Shown: positions 28,020 through 38,840, counted from the first letter of the stretch. The stretch is 64,000 bases of DNA from Patescibacteria group bacterium (GCA_041662625.1 JBAZSB010000001.1:535189-599188); one strand, 5' to 3'. Translations and numbers: made by a program. The notes: a model not told the origin generated them from the letters alone.

Positions 28020-29120
28020 CTACTGATTTATTTTTTTGACAACCCCTGCGGTGGCATTAACCTCAACTAAATCAGCATCTTTTAAAATCTGAGTTGCATT
28101 CTTGGTGTCGACAATGCAAGGAATACTTAATTCCCTAGCCATGATAGCGGCATGAGTTAAAATTCCGCCCCGATTCGTGACTATCGCTGCTGCTTGACGC
28201 ATAAAAGGCAAGTAACGCACATCCGTGTTGTCGCAAACTAAAATTGAGCCTTGAGGGAAATCAACCACGTTAAGATTATCAGAATTGACTATCACTACTT
28301 TACCCTTGGCAGTACCTGATCTGGCACCAATGCCCTGAATGATTCCCTTTTTCTGGCCAACAGCTAAGGGCGGCGGGGTAGAAATGTGCAGCGCTAAAAT
28401 CCGATTATAATCAACAAACCGAACCTTGCTATCCGGCCAAACCGTAGTTTCAAAATAGCCAGCTAAATAGTCATGGGAAAATTCGGCTTTAAGTATTTCT
28501 TTTAATCTTTTTTGTTTACTTAAATCAGATACTTTAATCATCGCTAGCATTTTTTGGACCTGCTCTTTAGCCTGCACATCATCAGCTGACCACTGCCAAT
28601 TTTTAAAATCATAACGAAACTGGTAAAGCTGGCTTTCTGTCTCCCCATGAGTCAGCTGAGAATGCAGCCCCCGGATAATCTCGCCAAAGATTGCCTGATC
28701 ATTAACCACGAAAGTTGCTGACCAAAGCAGGGTTTCGGAATGCGGGCAAAGATAAGCAATATAATCATCTGGATCAATTTCTTGTTTTAAAAACCAGGTT
28801 TGGTAACATTCCTTGATTGATAATCCCCGATTGCGCAGTTTTGGCAAGTCTTCACGTTTTGGCACCAAACGAATGGCACAAAGTTCATCACCGCGCTCGG
28901 CTAATATTTTGGCAAATTCTGGCGTTTTATCAATAAGGTCGCGGGCAGAAAATTTCTCCGGCCGCTCATAAGCTAAACTAATTTCTTGAAAAAGTATTTC
29001 CAGCCGGTCGGCCTTTTGATTATCTTCGATCCGAAAAGCATTTGATTGCCCAACCTCACCAATGGCGGCAAACCATTCAGTAATAGAAATTTGGTCTTTG
29101 GTAATTACGGCTTTACTCAT
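28020..29120 (-). CDS. Protein with C-terminal PEP-utilising enzyme mobile (phospho-His) domain
   Basis: AIVTNRGGILTHAAIMARELSIPCIV. Confidence 0.85.
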   Translation of the reverse strand: MSKAVITKDQISITEWFAAIGEVGQSNAFRIEDNQKADRLEILFQEISLAYERPEKFSARDLIDKTPEFAKILAERGDELCAIRLVPKREDLPKLRNRGLSIKECYQTWFLKQEIDPDDYIAYLCPHSETLLWSATFVVNDQAIFGEIIRGLHSQLTHGETESQLYQFRYDFKNWQWSADDVQAKEQVQKMLAMIKVSDLSKQKRLKEILKAEFSHDYLAGYFETTVWPDSKVRFVDYNRILALHISTPPPLAVGQKKGIIQGIGARSGTAKGKVVIVNSDNLNVVDFPQGSILVCDNTDVRYLPFMRQAAAIVTNRGGILTHAAIMARELSIPCIVDTKNATQILKDADLVEVNATAGVVKKINQ

Positions 29121-30043
29121 AACTTTCGTATTATTCCTTTGTTAGCATCAACTTCCACCAAATCGCCGTCCTTAAAAACTTGGGTGGCAATTTGCGTGCC
29201 GGTAACGCAGGGAATCTTAAATTCTCGGCAGATAATCGCCGCATGTGATAATTTACCGCCCTCATCAGTCACTACCGCCTTGGAATTTTTTATCTGCATT
29301 ATTAATTTTGGGCTGGTTAATTTCGCCACCAAGATAAAATTCTTTCTTATCTTCTTTAGGACTTTATCAGGATTTTTGATTAAAAAAACTCTACCACGTG
29401 TTTTACCGCCGTAGCCTATCTCCCCCTTAAGCGAATGGCTAACTTTATAAAATTTAAAATTATTATTTTTGATTTTGGAAGACTTTTTGTCTTTAGGCCG
29501 ATATTTTTTAATCAATTCTCCGGCTAATCTTACAACCGCTTTATCACCTCTATCCTTTGCCTTTTGATAAATACCTTCAACCCAAATAAATCGCCGGGCC
29601 AAAATCTGCTCACTAAATATCTTTTGCCATTTTGGCATTTCAGATTTATTGAAAACCAAATTACCTAACGGAGTCAACATCCGAATTTTCTGATTATCAA
29701 TCGCGTAAAGAATGCTATAATTTGTGATTAATTTTTTGAAAAACTTTGGTTTTTTAATAATCAGATGAAAATCCCAACCAGTCTTTTTAATAAAACTATT
29801 AAAATCTTTGCCATATTGCGTTTGAGGCGGCACTGGTGTTTCATTATGAAAGCTCTTTCCTTCAAGTGACCAGGGAATCTTCCCGGCATTAATTATAATG
29901 TGAAGATGCTCCTGACGATTATATTTTATCTCATAGCCCTGTAAAATATCAGCATAATGCAAAATTAAAGACCAATCATCAATGGATAGGCCCCACTTAA
30001 TCATTAGTTTTTTCAGTTCTAATAAAGTCTTTTTGAGGGTCAT
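29117..30043 (-). CDS. Protein with C-terminal PEP-utilising enzyme mobile (phospho-His) domain
   Basis: AVVTDEGGKLSHAAIICREFKIPCV. Confidence 0.85.
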   Translation of the reverse strand: MTLKKTLLELKKLMIKWGLSIDDWSLILHYADILQGYEIKYNRQEHLHIIINAGKIPWSLEGKSFHNETPVPPQTQYGKDFNSFIKKTGWDFHLIIKKPKFFKKLITNYSILYAIDNQKIRMLTPLGNLVFNKSEMPKWQKIFSEQILARRFIWVEGIYQKAKDRGDKAVVRLAGELIKKYRPKDKKSSKIKNNNFKFYKVSHSLKGEIGYGGKTRGRVFLIKNPDKVLKKIRKNFILVAKLTSPKLIMQIKNSKAVVTDEGGKLSHAAIICREFKIPCVTGTQIATQVFKDGDLVEVDANKGIIRKL

Positions 30044-30085
30044 AATGACTATTCGAAGTTTTGTCGGTAGCTTTTTTCTAACTAA

Positions 30086-30550
30086 TTAATTTTCTGGTAA
30101 TAATCCTTTTTGCTTCGCCAGATTAAGCACTTTTCTAACCGCCGATGATTGAAAGTCTGGTAAGTTTTTTAGATCAGCCCAATTAGCTTCACGAATTTCA
30201 CTTGAATCAATCTTAAATTCAAAACTATTTATTCGAGCGAAAAAACAATGAACTGTATCTTGTTTGTATTCTTTAATATTAAAATATTGTCCAATATCAA
30301 CAACATCATGCAAATTTATCCCCACTTCTTCGTTAATTTCCCTTTTAACGGCCAATTTAGGCAATTCTTTCCTCTTGATCTTCCCACCCGGTAAAGTCCA
30401 ATGACCTATTCCATAGCTGTTTCTAATCATTAAAACTTTCTCCTGATGCAGTATCAAACATTTAACTCCTGTGGTCTTGGGGCGAAAAATAAACCAATAT
30501 AATCTTCTTATTGGCGAAACAAGTTGATAAAAATATTTTTTTACTTTCAT
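30086..30550 (-). CDS. NUDIX hydrolase
   Basis: PGG.....E....AVKREINEEVG Nudix box. Confidence 0.9.
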   Translation of the reverse strand: MKVKKYFYQLVSPIRRLYWFIFRPKTTGVKCLILHQEKVLMIRNSYGIGHWTLPGGKIKRKELPKLAVKREINEEVGINLHDVVDIGQYFNIKEYKQDTVHCFFARINSFEFKIDSSEIREANWADLKNLPDFQSSAVRKVLNLAKQKGLLPEN

Positions 30551-30555
30551 AATTC

Positions 30556-31542
30556 TTACAACTTTTCTCGAAAATTCTGCCAATACCTTTTTTCCAATTT
30601 TTTCCAAGTAAACTTATGCGTCTGGGTACCATACTTTTCCACCGTATAAACCGAAACTAACCCAGCCAGTCGGCCGATTTTGGGCAAAGGCCAGTTTTGC
30701 AGCAAGCCATAAATTAAGCCCGCCCGATAAGCATCGCCAGCGCCAGTTGGGTCTAAAGTGTTCCGTGGTTTAGCTGGCGGTATTTTGTAAGTCTTATCCC
30801 CTTGCCTAATAATTGAACCTTTAGCACCCAGAGTAGTAACTAAGATTTCAGTCTTGCCAAGTATTTGCTTGGTTGACCAACCAGTTTTTTTTGAAATTAA
30901 ACTAATTTCGTAGTCATTGCCAATTAAAACCCGGCTGCCAGAAATAGCCGCTTTAAGCTTTGACCCGGTCAAAGACGTGACCTGTTGGCTTGGATCGAAA
31001 ATATAAGAAATTTCTTTCCGTTTAAAAATTTCAGGCAGTTTAACCATATCAACTAAATTCTGGGCACAAATAATTGCCATCTTTACCCCTTTTGTACTAA
31101 AAGACTTTTTAGTAATCGGAGCGCTTAAGGCACCCGGGTAAAAACCGGTAATCTGGTTATCCGCCTGATCAGTAATAATATAAGCGGAAGAAGTATGTTG
31201 ATTGGGCAAAATCTTAATTTGATGTAGATCAATTCTATTTTTTTTAAACCAGTTTTGGTAAAGGAGAAAGTCTTTAGCACCGACATTACCCACGATCGAA
31301 GGCTGAACTCCAAGCAAGTTTAAGTTATAAGCAACATTACCGGCCGTACCGCCAAAACTTTCTTTCAGTTCTTTGACCAGGAAAGACACGTTCAAAATAT
31401 GAATTTTTTCCGGCAAAATTTGGTCTTTAAAGTAACCGGGGAAATCCATAATCCGGTCATAAGCAACCGTACCGGTAACTAAAATCTTCTGTTTTCCGCC
31501 AGAGGCGGACCCGCCTTTGGCGGGCATAATGTTTTTGGTCAT
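30556..31542 (-). CDS. PfkB-family kinase (adenosine/nucleoside kinase-like)
   Basis: GGTAGNVAY, DPTGAGDAYRAG; salvage-gene context. Confidence 0.9.
   Translation of the reverse strand: MTKNIMPAKGGSASGGKQKILVTGTVAYDRIMDFPGYFKDQILPEKIHILNVSFLVKELKESFGGTAGNVAYNLNLLGVQPSIVGNVGAKDFLLYQNWFKKNRIDLHQIKILPNQHTSSAYIITDQADNQITGFYPGALSAPITKKSFSTKGVKMAIICAQNLVDMVKLPEIFKRKEISYIFDPSQQVTSLTGSKLKAAISGSRVLIGNDYEISLISKKTGWSTKQILGKTEILVTTLGAKGSIIRQGDKTYKIPPAKPRNTLDPTGAGDAYRAGLIYGLLQNWPLPKIGRLAGLVSVYTVEKYGTQTHKFTWKKLEKRYWQNFREKL
31495..31524. repeat. Tandem 15-nt palindromes inserted in frame (PAKGGSASGG)
   Basis: TCCGCC-AGA-GGCGGA + CCCGCC-TTT-GGCGGG. Confidence 0.8.
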
Positions 31543-33227
31543 AAGCTAAATTTATAAACTTTATACATTGGAATATTTAATTTACTATAAATTATCTCCG
31601 GCTCGATACCTTGTTTTACCAGCTTTTCTTCAAAATCGGAGGCTTCGGTTTTAATTTTATAAGTCCGGCGCCACAAGGCATTCTCTGTACCAGTAACATA
31701 ATAGATATTATAATTTTTAAAAACATCAGTACCTTTCTCGTCTAGCAACTTTACAAAATTGTCAACATAAGCAGTTGGGATTGAGTCATAAATGAATCTT
31801 CGGTCAAAAAGCCAAAGCGTAGAGACTTCATAAAGCAACGGATTATAGACTAAGAGTACATAAGCCGAAGATTTTTTTGCCGACACGGCTTTAGCACGAT
31901 TTTTGATAAACTCATCCAAATTACTATTACCACTTTGCGGGATGACAGCTGACCTAATATCTTTCAATTCCTTATTAAAATAATTATCTAACCGATTAAC
32001 ACCAAAGTCTGCTGAGTAAGGTCGAAGCAAGGAAAAAGTCAAATTAGGCCAGCCAAAAGAAAGAACGGTTAGATTCGTATTAATCGAAAAAAATCCTTCA
32101 TATACAAAAAATATAATTATGGCCGAAGTCAAAATAATTTTTTTATTTTTTGAAGCCGCCTGATAACCTACCATCACCAATTGGGCAATCAAGATAACAA
32201 CAAAGGGATAAATAATTGTAACAAACCGAGACAAAGGGTTAATTAATATAAAAAGTAACAAATAAAAAAATAAAAACAAAATTAACAAAAAACTTGCCCT
32301 CTCTTTTTTCTTCAGCCAGGAAAAAACCGAAAAGATTACCGCCAAAATTAATAAGGTAATCGTTACTGGCGAGAAATCATCGAGTAAAGCCGGACCAATG
32401 GCTAAGAATTTATCAAAAAAGCTGCCCGAAACTTTAGCGGCCATCGTCTGCCAAGCTTCAACATTTTGGCCGAACAAAGCCGCAAACTGCAAATCGAAAT
32501 GCCCAGTATTTTTAAACATCAACAAATTATAAACAATTACCGGACTAAAAATCACAAAAACCAAAAGCAAGCCAAGATAAAACCGGTAATTTTTGAAAAC
32601 TTCCCTTTTATAAATCAACAAATAAATCAAAAATACCATCAGAATCGGAAAGGCAGTATATTTTGCCAAAAAGCTTAAGCCGACTGCCGCTCCCCACCAA
32701 TACCAATATTTTTCCTCCTCTAGCGCCTTTAGAAATAAATACCAAGCTAAAAGAATTAAAGTAATAACAATTGATTCCATTAAGGCAACTCGGGAAATAT
32801 AAACTGAAACAGCCATAATGGCCGATAACGCTGAAGCCACTAGAGCAGTTTTTTCGTCAAAAATCTTTTTAGTAATTAAATAAATCAGATAGACGGAAAT
32901 TACACCGGCTAAAGCCGAGGGTAAACGAGAAATAAAAATTGATATACCAAATAAAAGAAAAAATAGATGCTGAATAATAAAAACTAACGGCGGATGATCA
33001 TGAAAGGAAAGATGAGTCCAGCCGGGCAAAGGCACAAACCAGTCAAGCGGCGTTGATTGCTTATCCATACCAGCATAATCCAAAAATCCAATTGAGCGGA
33101 GGCTATAATAGACTTCATCCGTAAGCATATCATCATTGCTTAAGGCCCAAAGCCGTAAAATCACTGCCACTAAAATAATTGCAATAACAATTGTCCGCGT
33201 TTTTATTTTCATGGCCTTATTATTCAA
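31539..33227 (-). CDS. GT39/ArnT-like membrane glycosyltransferase
   Basis: DEVYY, DHPPL, RLPSA, AKYT motifs; many TM segments. Confidence 0.88.
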   Translation of the reverse strand: MNNKAMKIKTRTIVIAIILVAVILRLWALSNDDMLTDEVYYSLRSIGFLDYAGMDKQSTPLDWFVPLPGWTHLSFHDHPPLVFIIQHLFFLLFGISIFISRLPSALAGVISVYLIYLITKKIFDEKTALVASALSAIMAVSVYISRVALMESIVITLILLAWYLFLKALEEEKYWYWWGAAVGLSFLAKYTAFPILMVFLIYLLIYKREVFKNYRFYLGLLLVFVIFSPVIVYNLLMFKNTGHFDLQFAALFGQNVEAWQTMAAKVSGSFFDKFLAIGPALLDDFSPVTITLLILAVIFSVFSWLKKKERASFLLILFLFFYLLLFILINPLSRFVTIIYPFVVILIAQLVMVGYQAASKNKKIILTSAIIIFFVYEGFFSINTNLTVLSFGWPNLTFSLLRPYSADFGVNRLDNYFNKELKDIRSAVIPQSGNSNLDEFIKNRAKAVSAKKSSAYVLLVYNPLLYEVSTLWLFDRRFIYDSIPTAYVDNFVKLLDEKGTDVFKNYNIYYVTGTENALWRRTYKIKTEASDFEEKLVKQGIEPEIIYSKLNIPMYKVYKFSL

Positions 33228-33230
33228 AGA

Positions 33231-34022
33231 TTAAATTTTAACTTCCGTCGTTACTCCCCGACATTCACAATCCAAAAAATCAATTTTAGGAATAACTGAC
33301 ATTAATAATTTTTTCACATTATCTGCATTCTGTTTCATCCGTTCGACAATCATTTCCCAAGTCACATCCGCCTCCCCTTGTTTCCAACAATCATAATCAG
33401 TTGACATGGCAATCGCTTGATAGCAAATCCCGACTTCGCGGGCCAAAATCACTTCCGGCACAGTCGACATATTGACCGCATCGGCACCCCAAGCCCGAAA
33501 CATGTGCGATTCTGCCCGGGTGGAAAACCGCGGGCCTTCAATCGTCACGATTGTTCCGTGGTTATGAAAAGGAATCTTTAGTTCTTTAGCTGACTGGCTA
33601 AGAATTTCTCGCAGTTTTTCACAAAACGGATCAGCCATCGGCGTGTGAATCACTTTATCTTCAAAAAAAGTCAGGTTCCGATGCTTGGTGTTGTCAATAA
33701 ACTGGTCTAAAAAAACTAAATCACCCGGTTTTATTTCTTCACGTAGTGAGCCGCAGGCAGTTGTCGCCAAAATATGAGTACAGCCGGCTTGTTTAAGTGC
33801 CCAAATATTAGCGCGATATGGCACTTTAGTCGGCATAATTGAATGATCCTTACCGTGGCGAGCAATAATCACGACCTGCTGACCAGCCAGTTCACCACTA
33901 GTTAATTTAGATGATGGTCCACCAAAGGGCGTCTCGACCTCCGATTCCTGAAAATTTTTTAATAGCTTTGGATCATCAAGGCCAGTGCCACCGATGATAC
34001 CTATTTTTGCTTGGTGTGACAT
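33231..34022 (-). CDS. mtnP: S-methyl-5'-thioadenosine phosphorylase
   Basis: GIIGGTG, RHG..H, EGPRFSTRAES, NMS..PE, TDYDCW. Confidence 0.95.
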   Translation of the reverse strand: MSHQAKIGIIGGTGLDDPKLLKNFQESEVETPFGGPSSKLTSGELAGQQVVIIARHGKDHSIMPTKVPYRANIWALKQAGCTHILATTACGSLREEIKPGDLVFLDQFIDNTKHRNLTFFEDKVIHTPMADPFCEKLREILSQSAKELKIPFHNHGTIVTIEGPRFSTRAESHMFRAWGADAVNMSTVPEVILAREVGICYQAIAMSTDYDCWKQGEADVTWEMIVERMKQNADNVKKLLMSVIPKIDFLDCECRGVTTEVKI

Positions 34023-34110
34023 AAGTGAAGTAAATAAAAGTGAGTAAGAGTGAGTAAAAGTAAATCAAGCTAGCTTTTTCTTGCTTCTTATTTACTTTTA
34101 CTCGCTTTTA

Positions 34111-34656
34111 TCAGCTTATCTTTTCACTATCATACTCAATCAAATAACTCACTGGGTAGCCCTGCTCTTGCAACTTTTTCAACCCCGGCAGAAACGACAG
34201 ATAAATCACAAAATCAATACCCATAATTTCTCCGCCCATTTGTTTAACCAAATCAATCGTCGCTAACATTGTTCCGCCCGTGGCCAGCAAATCATCGGCA
34301 ATCAATACTTTTTCCCCCGGCTTAATCGTATCCTCATGCATTTCAATCGTATCCGGCCCGTATTCTTTTTCGTAACTGGCTTGCTTGCATTTATACGGTA
34401 ATTTTCCTTTTTTCCGAACAATGGAAACGCCGGCACCAAGTTTATAAGCCATAGTTGAAGCCAGCAAAAATCCGCGAGCATCAATACCGACCACCTTATC
34501 AATTTTTTGGCCAACATATTTTTGACTAATTTCATCAATCATTTTTTTAAAACAGTCGGCGTCCTCAAAAAGTGTAGTCACATCATAAAATAAAATCCCC
34601 TCTTTGGGAAAATTGGGAATTTTGCGGATTTTGGCGTCTAAGTAATTTTTATCCAT
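34111..34656 (-). CDS. apt: Adenine phosphoribosyltransferase
   Basis: FPKEGILFYD, ARGF, RKKGKLP, DDLLATGGT. Confidence 0.96.
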   Translation of the reverse strand: MDKNYLDAKIRKIPNFPKEGILFYDVTTLFEDADCFKKMIDEISQKYVGQKIDKVVGIDARGFLLASTMAYKLGAGVSIVRKKGKLPYKCKQASYEKEYGPDTIEMHEDTIKPGEKVLIADDLLATGGTMLATIDLVKQMGGEIMGIDFVIYLSFLPGLKKLQEQGYPVSYLIEYDSEKIS

Positions 34657-34752
34657 AGCTTAAACTCGGCTTAAATAACACCATTATTATATGCTTAAAA
34701 ATTAAAAAAAACAAGACGGAGCATTCCTGCCCCGCCTTTATTTCATCCTTTC

Positions 34753-36078
34753 CTATAGGTCCAAATATCTTTTCAATTCTTTCGGCGTTACTTCGGTTTT
34801 CTGCTCATCTATTTCTATGTGCTTGGCATCAATGAATCTATCCAAAGTATGCTGCGTGATAGCACTCTTAATCACTTCATCTTGATTCAATTCATCAATC
34901 GCTTCTGGGAGTGAACCCGGCAGACTGGATATTTTTAACTCTTGTTTTCTGTTGCTATCTAAATGATAAATATCTTCTTCAACTGCCTTAGACAATGGCA
35001 TGTCTTTTTCAATTCCATCTAAACCGGCTGCTAATATTGCCGCAAAGGCTAAATAAGGATTGCATGACGGATCAGGTGATCGAAGTTCAACCCTGGTTGA
35101 TTGCTCACGGCCGGGTGTATACCGTGGAATTCGGATAAGCGCCGAACGGTTCATCTGGGCCCAGCAGATATTGACTGGCGCTTCATAACCCGGAATCAAT
35201 CTTTTAAAAGAGTTGGTAGTTGGATTGGTTAAGGCCGTAAAACTTCGACTGTGTTTTAGCAATCCGGCAATAAACTGGTAAGCGATTTTTGACAGCTTAT
35301 AACCATTATTATCTTCGTAAAATAAATTATTACCTTTCAAATCAAACAAACTCAAGTGAACATGCATGCCCGACCCATTGATACCAGCAAACGGCTTTGG
35401 CATAAATGTCGCGTTGACGCCATAACTTTGGGCAATGGCTTTGATGGTAGTTTTTAAGGTAATAATGTTATCGGCTGTATTTAAGGCATCGGCATAACGA
35501 AAATCTATTTCATGCTGGCCAACGGCAACTTCGTGATGTCCGGCTTCAATTTTTATGTTTAGTTCAGATGAAGCTTTGATAACGTCTTCCCTGATTTTTG
35601 AGGCAATATCAAAAGGAGAAAAATCAAAATAACCGCCATAATCGTGAGGCACGGGAGCTAAATTACTGTCTTTTTGCAAAAGAAAAAATTCCAGTTCAGC
35701 ACCGACATTCAAAACATATCCCTTTTCTTCTGCCCTTTTCATTGCTTGCCGCAAAATGTAGCGAGGATCACCGCTAAATGGTTTTAAATCAGGCCCGTAG
35801 ACATCACAGATTATCCTGGCCGCTTTATTATCTTTTGTGCTCCAAGGTAAAGTACAGTAAGTTTTTGCGTCAGGCATTAAAAGCTGATCACTTTCGGCAA
35901 TTCTGGCAAACCCTTCAATTGATGAGCCGTCAAACCAAACGCCTTTTTCTAAGGCACCGGGCAATTGTTCAGTCGGAATAACTACGTCTTTAGGCACGCC
36001 CAATATATCCGTAAACTGCAAATGAATGTATTTAACGTTGTCTTTATTGACTTTTTCTAAAAGTGTTTCCTTATCCAT
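34753..36078 (-). CDS. glnA: Glutamine synthetase type I
   Basis: FDGSSIEGF, HHEVA.GQHE, FMPKP...NGSGMH, NRSALIRIP. Confidence 0.96.
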   Translation of the reverse strand: MDKETLLEKVNKDNVKYIHLQFTDILGVPKDVVIPTEQLPGALEKGVWFDGSSIEGFARIAESDQLLMPDAKTYCTLPWSTKDNKAARIICDVYGPDLKPFSGDPRYILRQAMKRAEEKGYVLNVGAELEFFLLQKDSNLAPVPHDYGGYFDFSPFDIASKIREDVIKASSELNIKIEAGHHEVAVGQHEIDFRYADALNTADNIITLKTTIKAIAQSYGVNATFMPKPFAGINGSGMHVHLSLFDLKGNNLFYEDNNGYKLSKIAYQFIAGLLKHSRSFTALTNPTTNSFKRLIPGYEAPVNICWAQMNRSALIRIPRYTPGREQSTRVELRSPDPSCNPYLAFAAILAAGLDGIEKDMPLSKAVEEDIYHLDSNRKQELKISSLPGSLPEAIDELNQDEVIKSAITQHTLDRFIDAKHIEIDEQKTEVTPKELKRYLDL

Positions 36079-36101
36079 AGTTAATTGTTAATTGTTAAAC
36101 T

Positions 36102-36159
36102 AAAAAAGCGCCTAAATCATTAGACGTCTTTGTCGGAATTGTGACACGCCTTTGTGTCA
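36102..36159 (-). promoter_or_regulatory. ANTAR-responsive dual-hairpin element overlapping a terminator in the glnA leader
   Basis: P1 TGACAC-AAAGGC-GTGTCA, P2 GAC-AAAGAC-GTC (hexaloops with A1/G4); P2 overlaps stem CGTCTAA/TTAGGCG + T-run. Confidence 0.85.
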
Positions 36160-36210
36160 TTAATATCTTAGCACAAATAAAAAATTTGGCAAGTGCTGTT
36201 TTGTGGATAA

Positions 36211-36912
36211 CTAATTTATAACGTCTTGAGCTAAAATAATGGCTTCCGCCACTTCCTTCAGTGACCGGCGTTTATCCATGCTTTTTTTAACCAAAAGTCG
36301 ATGAGCCTCTTCTTCAGTTAAACCGCCAGTTTTCATTAAAATCGCTTTGGCTTTATTAATTACCTTTTGGGTTTCTAAAGCTTCCTTTAGAACATTGGTT
36401 TCAGAAATTAATCGCGATACTTCTAAAATTCCGCCGATTTGTTTGGCAATGGTTTCCAAAAAATTAATTTCTTTTTTTGGATATTTTTTGGATTTTTTAT
36501 GCTGAACATTAATTACGCCAATCACGCTGTTTTTAAAAATTATCGGCACGGATAAAAATCCTTCAAACTTATCTTCCGGCAAAGTGGAGAACAATTTAAA
36601 ACGCTTATCATCATAAGCCTTGCTGGCAATGGCTACCGTCTTTTTGGTTTCCGCCACCCAGCCAGTAATACCTTCGCCGACTTTCATTTTAATTTTGGCT
36701 AGGTTAGAATGGTGCGGATTCTGCGACGCTTTTAAAATCACTTCGTCGCCGGAAATTAGATAAATAAAACAAGAATCAGCCTTAGTCACTTTGCCAATAA
36801 TTTTAGCGATGTTATTCAAAATTTCCTTAAGATCAAAACCATTGCCAATGGTATCAATGATTTCCTGCAAAATCGCTAAATTGTTTTTGACGTCAGAACT
36901 TTGATTAGGCAT
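36211..36912 (-). CDS. GAF + ANTAR RNA-binding antiterminator
   Basis: GEGITGWVA GAF signature; C-terminal INKAKAILM...EEEAHRLL.KKSMD.RRSL.EVA. Confidence 0.9.
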   Translation of the reverse strand: MPNQSSDVKNNLAILQEIIDTIGNGFDLKEILNNIAKIIGKVTKADSCFIYLISGDEVILKASQNPHHSNLAKIKMKVGEGITGWVAETKKTVAIASKAYDDKRFKLFSTLPEDKFEGFLSVPIIFKNSVIGVINVQHKKSKKYPKKEINFLETIAKQIGGILEVSRLISETNVLKEALETQKVINKAKAILMKTGGLTEEEAHRLLVKKSMDKRRSLKEVAEAIILAQDVIN

Positions 36913-36920
36913 AAATTTAT

Positions 36921-37826
36921 TTATTTTAGACTTTCAAACCACTCCGCTGTTTTTTTCAACCCTGTTTCTAAATTAATCTGGGGATTCCAGTCTAATAAAT
37001 TTCTGGCCTTTAAATTATCCGCCAAGGTATCATGCGGCTCAATTCTTGGCGCGATATGTTCAACTTCCCCACCCAGCCGCTTGGCAATTTCATTGACTGA
37101 ATAATTCTGACCAGCGCCAATGTTTATCACTTCACCCTTGCCGACTTTAGGACTAAGACTGGCTAAAATGTTGGCATTAACGACATCACCGACATAAGTA
37201 AAGTCCCGAGTTTGAGTACCGTCGCCAGTAATAGTCATTTTCTGGCCCTCTTTTTTCTGACGTAGAAAAATAGCCATAACAGTAACATAAGCGCCTTCAA
37301 AAGCCATTCTTGGTCCATAAACATTAAAATAGCGCAAGCTGACCGTCTCTAAGCCATAAAGTAAAGAAAAAAGTCGGGCATAATGTTCACCAACATATTT
37401 ATGCAAGCCGTATGGACTCATTGGTGCCGGAAGCAAATCTTCTTTCAGCGGTAAAATCTGAGTATCACCATAAGCCGAAGAAGAAGCGGAATAAACTAAG
37501 CGCTTAACTTTAGCATCCCGGGCAGCCAAAAAAACATTTAGTGTACCATTGATATTGGCATTGTGGGTTTCAATTGGATTTTCAATTGACCATTGCACCC
37601 GCGGCAAAGCGGCCAAATGAAAAACATAATCAATGCCGGCAAAATGAGGCTTAATTTGTTCCAGATTAGTAATATCCGCTTCGACAAACTTGGCCTGCGG
37701 ATTTAAGTTTTCTTTTTTACCCGTTGACAGATTATCTAGAATCACTACTTCATGACCCTGCTTAATTAGTTCATCAACGAGATTGGAGCCGATAAACCCA
37801 GCACCACCTGTAACTAATGCTTTCAT
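36921..37826 (-). CDS. NAD-dependent epimerase/dehydratase (extended SDR)
   Basis: [22 protein letters not shown]. Confidence 0.92.
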   Translation of the reverse strand: MKALVTGGAGFIGSNLVDELIKQGHEVVILDNLSTGKKENLNPQAKFVEADITNLEQIKPHFAGIDYVFHLAALPRVQWSIENPIETHNANINGTLNVFLAARDAKVKRLVYSASSSAYGDTQILPLKEDLLPAPMSPYGLHKYVGEHYARLFSLLYGLETVSLRYFNVYGPRMAFEGAYVTVMAIFLRQKKEGQKMTITGDGTQTRDFTYVGDVVNANILASLSPKVGKGEVINIGAGQNYSVNEIAKRLGGEVEHIAPRIEPHDTLADNLKARNLLDWNPQINLETGLKKTAEWFESLK

Positions 37827-37910
37827 AAATTTAGTAAATTCAGCGAGTTAAGCAAGTTCAGTAAAGTCAGCTGAACTCGCTGAATTCACTGTACTCGCTG
37901 AACTTGCTAT

Positions 37911-38840
37911 TCATAAAACCTGCTTAAAATATTCAATCGTCTTGATTAATCCTTCTTCTAACTCCACGGTCGGCTGCCAATTCAATTTTTCTTTAGCTAA
38001 ACTGACATCCGGCTTGCGCTGTTTAGGATCGTCTTGCGGCAGAGGTTTATAAATAATCTTACTTTTACTCTCGGTCAACCTAATTATCAATTCCGCTAAT
38101 TCTTTAATGGTAAATTCGCCCGGATTACCTAAGTTGACTGGGCCAGCCCAACCGTCTGACTCCATCATCTTATAAAGTCCACTGATCATGTCAGAAACAA
38201 AACAAAATGATCGCGTCTGACTGCCGTCGCCGTAAATTGTAATATCTTGACCCTTTAAGGCTTGAACAATAAAATTAGAAATTACCCTCCCATCATCCCA
38301 AGACATTTGTGGGCCGTAGGTATTAAAAATCCGCACGACTTTAATCGGAATTTTAGCTTGGCGGTGATAGTCAAAAAATAAAGTTTCGGCGCATCTTTTG
38401 CCTTCATCGTAGCAAGCCCGCGGCCCAATCGGATTAACATTGCCGTTATAACTTTCAGGTTGCGGATGAATCTGCGGATCGCCATAGACTTCAGAAGTTG
38501 AAGCTTGCAAAACCTTAATGCCGCCTAACTTTTTAGATAGTTCTAGGCAATTAATGGCACCCAAAACATTAGTCCGCACGGTTTCAATTGGCGTTTTTTG
38601 ATAATGAACCGGTGAAGCCGGACAGGCTAAGTTATAAATTTGGTCAACTTCAACATCCAACGGATTAGTGATATCGTGCTCCAAAAGCTTAAAATTAGCA
38701 TTTTCCAAAAGTGGCGCAATGTTGCGTTTTTGACCAGTAAAAAAATTATCCAGACAAACAACCTGGTTCCCTTTTTCTAATAAAAATTGGCAGAGGTGAG
38801 AGCCGATAAAGCCCGCCCCACCAGTAACTAGAATTTTCAT
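37911..38840 (-). CDS. UDP-glucuronate decarboxylase (UDP-xylose synthase)
   Basis: [36 protein letters not shown]. Confidence 0.92.
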   Translation of the reverse strand: MKILVTGGAGFIGSHLCQFLLEKGNQVVCLDNFFTGQKRNIAPLLENANFKLLEHDITNPLDVEVDQIYNLACPASPVHYQKTPIETVRTNVLGAINCLELSKKLGGIKVLQASTSEVYGDPQIHPQPESYNGNVNPIGPRACYDEGKRCAETLFFDYHRQAKIPIKVVRIFNTYGPQMSWDDGRVISNFIVQALKGQDITIYGDGSQTRSFCFVSDMISGLYKMMESDGWAGPVNLGNPGEFTIKELAELIIRLTESKSKIIYKPLPQDDPKQRKPDVSLAKEKLNWQPTVELEEGLIKTIEYFKQVL

